Under the pieces are notes generated by a model. It worked only from the letters and a program-made list of their open reading frames with translations. It was not told the DNA's origin and did not search any database. A stretch of 27,755 nucleotides of DNA from a virus (lineage: Duplodnaviria > Caudoviricetes), in the IMG/VR virus record IMGVR_UViG_3300037634_002238, positions 1 through 27,755 of that record. The stretch is one strand, 5' to 3'. Below are positions 25,998-27,755 of the stretch, in pieces (position 1 is the first letter of the stretch; each line of letters begins with the position of its first letter). Made by a program: the position numbers and the translations under genes.

Positions 25998-27755
25998 TGC
26001 CTATCAATTTAGCTGCACTCGCACAGAAGGAATATACACAAGGCTCTAAGACTGGCAGTCTGGGCACAATGCTCGACTATCTTAGAGTCAAAGAGGGCGG
26101 TCTCTTCAGTGAGGTAGGTGGTGGGACTTGGTACCAACAGCCAGGCAAGCTCCACGCATGGGACCCAATGAGAGCTATGGCACCTCTGCCTAGTCAGATT
26201 TCCAAGAATCTATATAGCCTCGGCGGTAGTATCTATGGCGGTCCTGGATATTTTGCCAATAGCAGCGGGCAAGCAGTACCGCTCTTAGAGAGGTATGCTG
26301 CCGACTTACCCGGTGCTATAGAAAAATACGGCACTAGCTTTAGCGGGATCAAGGCCTTAAACAAGTCTCTTCTTGAGGCCGGCAGAAGTTCCGCAACAAC
26401 TTCTCTTGGTGCAGACTTTATGATGGCTTTCCATAGGTCACAGTGGGTCAATCTAAATGAAATGCTCTTGGGCAATAGCGGAGTCAGCGTTGGCAAAAGA
26501 ATAGCTGATATCGATGTAGCTTTAGCTCAGTACTCTAGGTCTGGTGGAAAGGACCTACTAAAGCTAAAAGGCGAGGTCGATCAACAGATAGCTAACCTTC
26601 ATAGATCAATAGAAGGGCAGACAGTAAATATCGGCGGAGTCGAGAGAAAGCTCAGCCTTAGCGGCTCTATTAAAACAGACAAACTTCTTAAGTATGGCAT
26701 GGCTAGTACTATGTCTGTTGCTGACGTTATGTTTGGTGGTGGACATACCTATGGAAAGGGTTCTCATCAGATGGCGAAGCTGGCTGCCCTGCAAATCGGC
26801 AGAAGTGGGCGGTTGGGGAATACCATTAAGGGACTTGGCTTCAACTTGCCCAAGGCTACTGGAGCGATGTATGGGAAAGAATCTTCATACATTACAAGAA
26901 TGGCCGGAGACATATATGGAGGAGAAAGAGCCTTATCTGGAAGATTTGCAGCTAACTATGGACTCATACTTGGAGACGTAGGTGCAGGCGGTTCAATAGC
27001 AACAACAACTGCACTAGGAGATTCTGCAGCAATAGTTAGTCAAAGAGTCGGCAAGCTAGCTCTACATGGAAAGAGGTACGACTACCTTACTGCCCAACTA
27101 AGCCTTGGTGGCGCTCCGTTTGGCACCGGCACCGGCCCGGGTATGGGCCTGTCGGACCCAAGACTACAAATTCCAAAGGAGTTGCAGGGGCCCATAGAAG
27201 CGGCACTCAGAGGTGAAGTCCCTTCAGGAATGAAGCCCCATACTAGATCAGGTTTCTTAGCGTTTGATACTCCCGTATCTATAGATGGTACTAAGGGTAG
27301 CGTTATGTTCGGTATTAGCGCTCCTTCGAAGGAAGTCCTTAATAGTCCTGCAGACATGCTGAGAAATAGAGTCACCGCTGAGGCCGGTAAAGTCGAAGTT
27401 GTCGGTATGCAGGTACAGGGTACGAACGTTACTCTTCAATATAAGCCCCAGCCGGTAGGAACGACCGGACTCGTCACTCCAATGGTTGGATTTGGTGGAC
27501 GACGTCTTGGCGGAGTAGTTGGCGGAGAAGGAGCTCTACCAAAGGGTATAGACATACTAACCCCAGGTGAAGAGTTTGGATTTACTCTTCAGAAGGAAAT
27601 ACGGGAAGCCGGAAAAGTCGTGCAGAAAGCGGGTATTAAGATTGGTTCGCAGGGTGGCGACTTCTTATTAGCGAGTCTTATTCAGAAGTCAGACTGGGGC
27701 AAAGGAAAGCAGCGTAAGGCCAGCATGGCAGCATGGGAGAAGATGCTTCCTGGCA
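25997..27755 (+). CDS. Large virion-associated protein, 3'-truncated (at least 586 aa); candidate divergent RNA-polymerase-like protein
   Basis: Not in the ORF track. GGAGG at 25982-25986 and a TAATG overlap. Translated by hand as MPINLAALAQKEY...WEKMLPG with no stop before the window end. The functional call is weak. Confidence 0.85.
   Translation, partial: MPINLAALAQKEYTQGSKTGSLGTMLDYLRVKEGGLFSEVGGGTWYQQPGKLHAWDPMRAMAPLPSQISKNLYSLGGSIYGGPGYFANSSGQAVPLLERYAADLPGAIEKYGTSFSGIKALNKSLLEAGRSSATTSLGADFMMAFHRSQWVNLNEMLLGNSGVSVGKRIADIDVALAQYSRSGGKDLLKLKGEVDQQIANLHRSIEGQTVNIGGVERKLSLSGSIKTDKLLKYGMASTMSVADVMFGGGHTYGKGSHQMAKLAALQIGRSGRLGNTIKGLGFNLPKATGAMYGKESSYITRMAGDIYGGERALSGRFAANYGLILGDVGAGGSIATTTALGDSAAIVSQRVGKLALHGKRYDYLTAQLSLGGAPFGTGTGPGMGLSDPRLQIPKELQGPIEAALRGEVPSGMKPHTRSGFLAFDTPVSIDGTKGSVMFGISAPSKEVLNSPADMLRNRVTAEAGKVEVVGMQVQGTNVTLQYKPQPVGTTGLVTPMVGFGGRRLGGVVGGEGALPKGIDILTPGEEFGFTLQKEIREAGKVVQKAGIKIGSQGGDFLLASLIQKSDWGKGKQRKASMAAWEKMLPG

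Noticed and set aside
223-27439. The many short minus-strand and off-frame ORFs in the track (e.g. 8076-8528, 22175-22489, 26694-26981)
   Set aside because: They lie within or opposite long, motif-bearing + strand genes, show no recognisable motifs, and look like shadow ORFs.
1-27755. Stop-codon reassignment (TAG or TGA), as seen in some large phages
   Set aside because: Genes are full length under the standard code. TAG and TGA both end genes at tight junctions (8787, 16221, 17718; 4699, 14164, 20348).
1-27755. CRISPR array, tRNA genes, DGR template/variable repeats, IS elements
   Set aside because: No regularly spaced repeats, cloverleaf with T-loop consensus, long near-identical repeat pair or transposase motifs were seen by eye. 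Intergenic space is minimal.

Overview
The window is one continuous + strand virion morphogenesis operon from a large (probably jumbo-class) contractile-tailed phage. It uses the standard genetic code and AGGAG-type Shine-Dalgarno (SD) sites, and GC content is roughly 45% by eye. Gene order: partial virion-type gene, HNH endonuclease, large terminase, a 678-aa hydrophobic helical unknown, portal, prohead protease-scaffold, head decoration/minor capsid, major capsid, neck proteins, two holin-like genes plus a small amphipathic gene, head closure, tail terminator, sheath, three tube-fold paralogs, two tail assembly chaperone paralogs, a 1464-aa tape-measure-like protein, and a large ORF missed by the track that runs off the right end. 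Best leads: (1) a packaging module in which an AT-hook-bearing HNH overlaps a terminase that seems to start at CTG and has Thr in place of its last catalytic nuclease Asp, suggesting DNA cutting is delegated to the HNH; (2) the truncated right-end ORF, with faint RNA polymerase beta double-psi-barrel-like motifs (candidate virion RNAP); (3) a nested scaffold start; (4) two switch-like or structured RNA elements at 11266-11315 and 14322-14435; (5) enrichment of an [F/Y]-T-G motif in neck and tail proteins. All family calls are motif recognition by eye. No searches were run.
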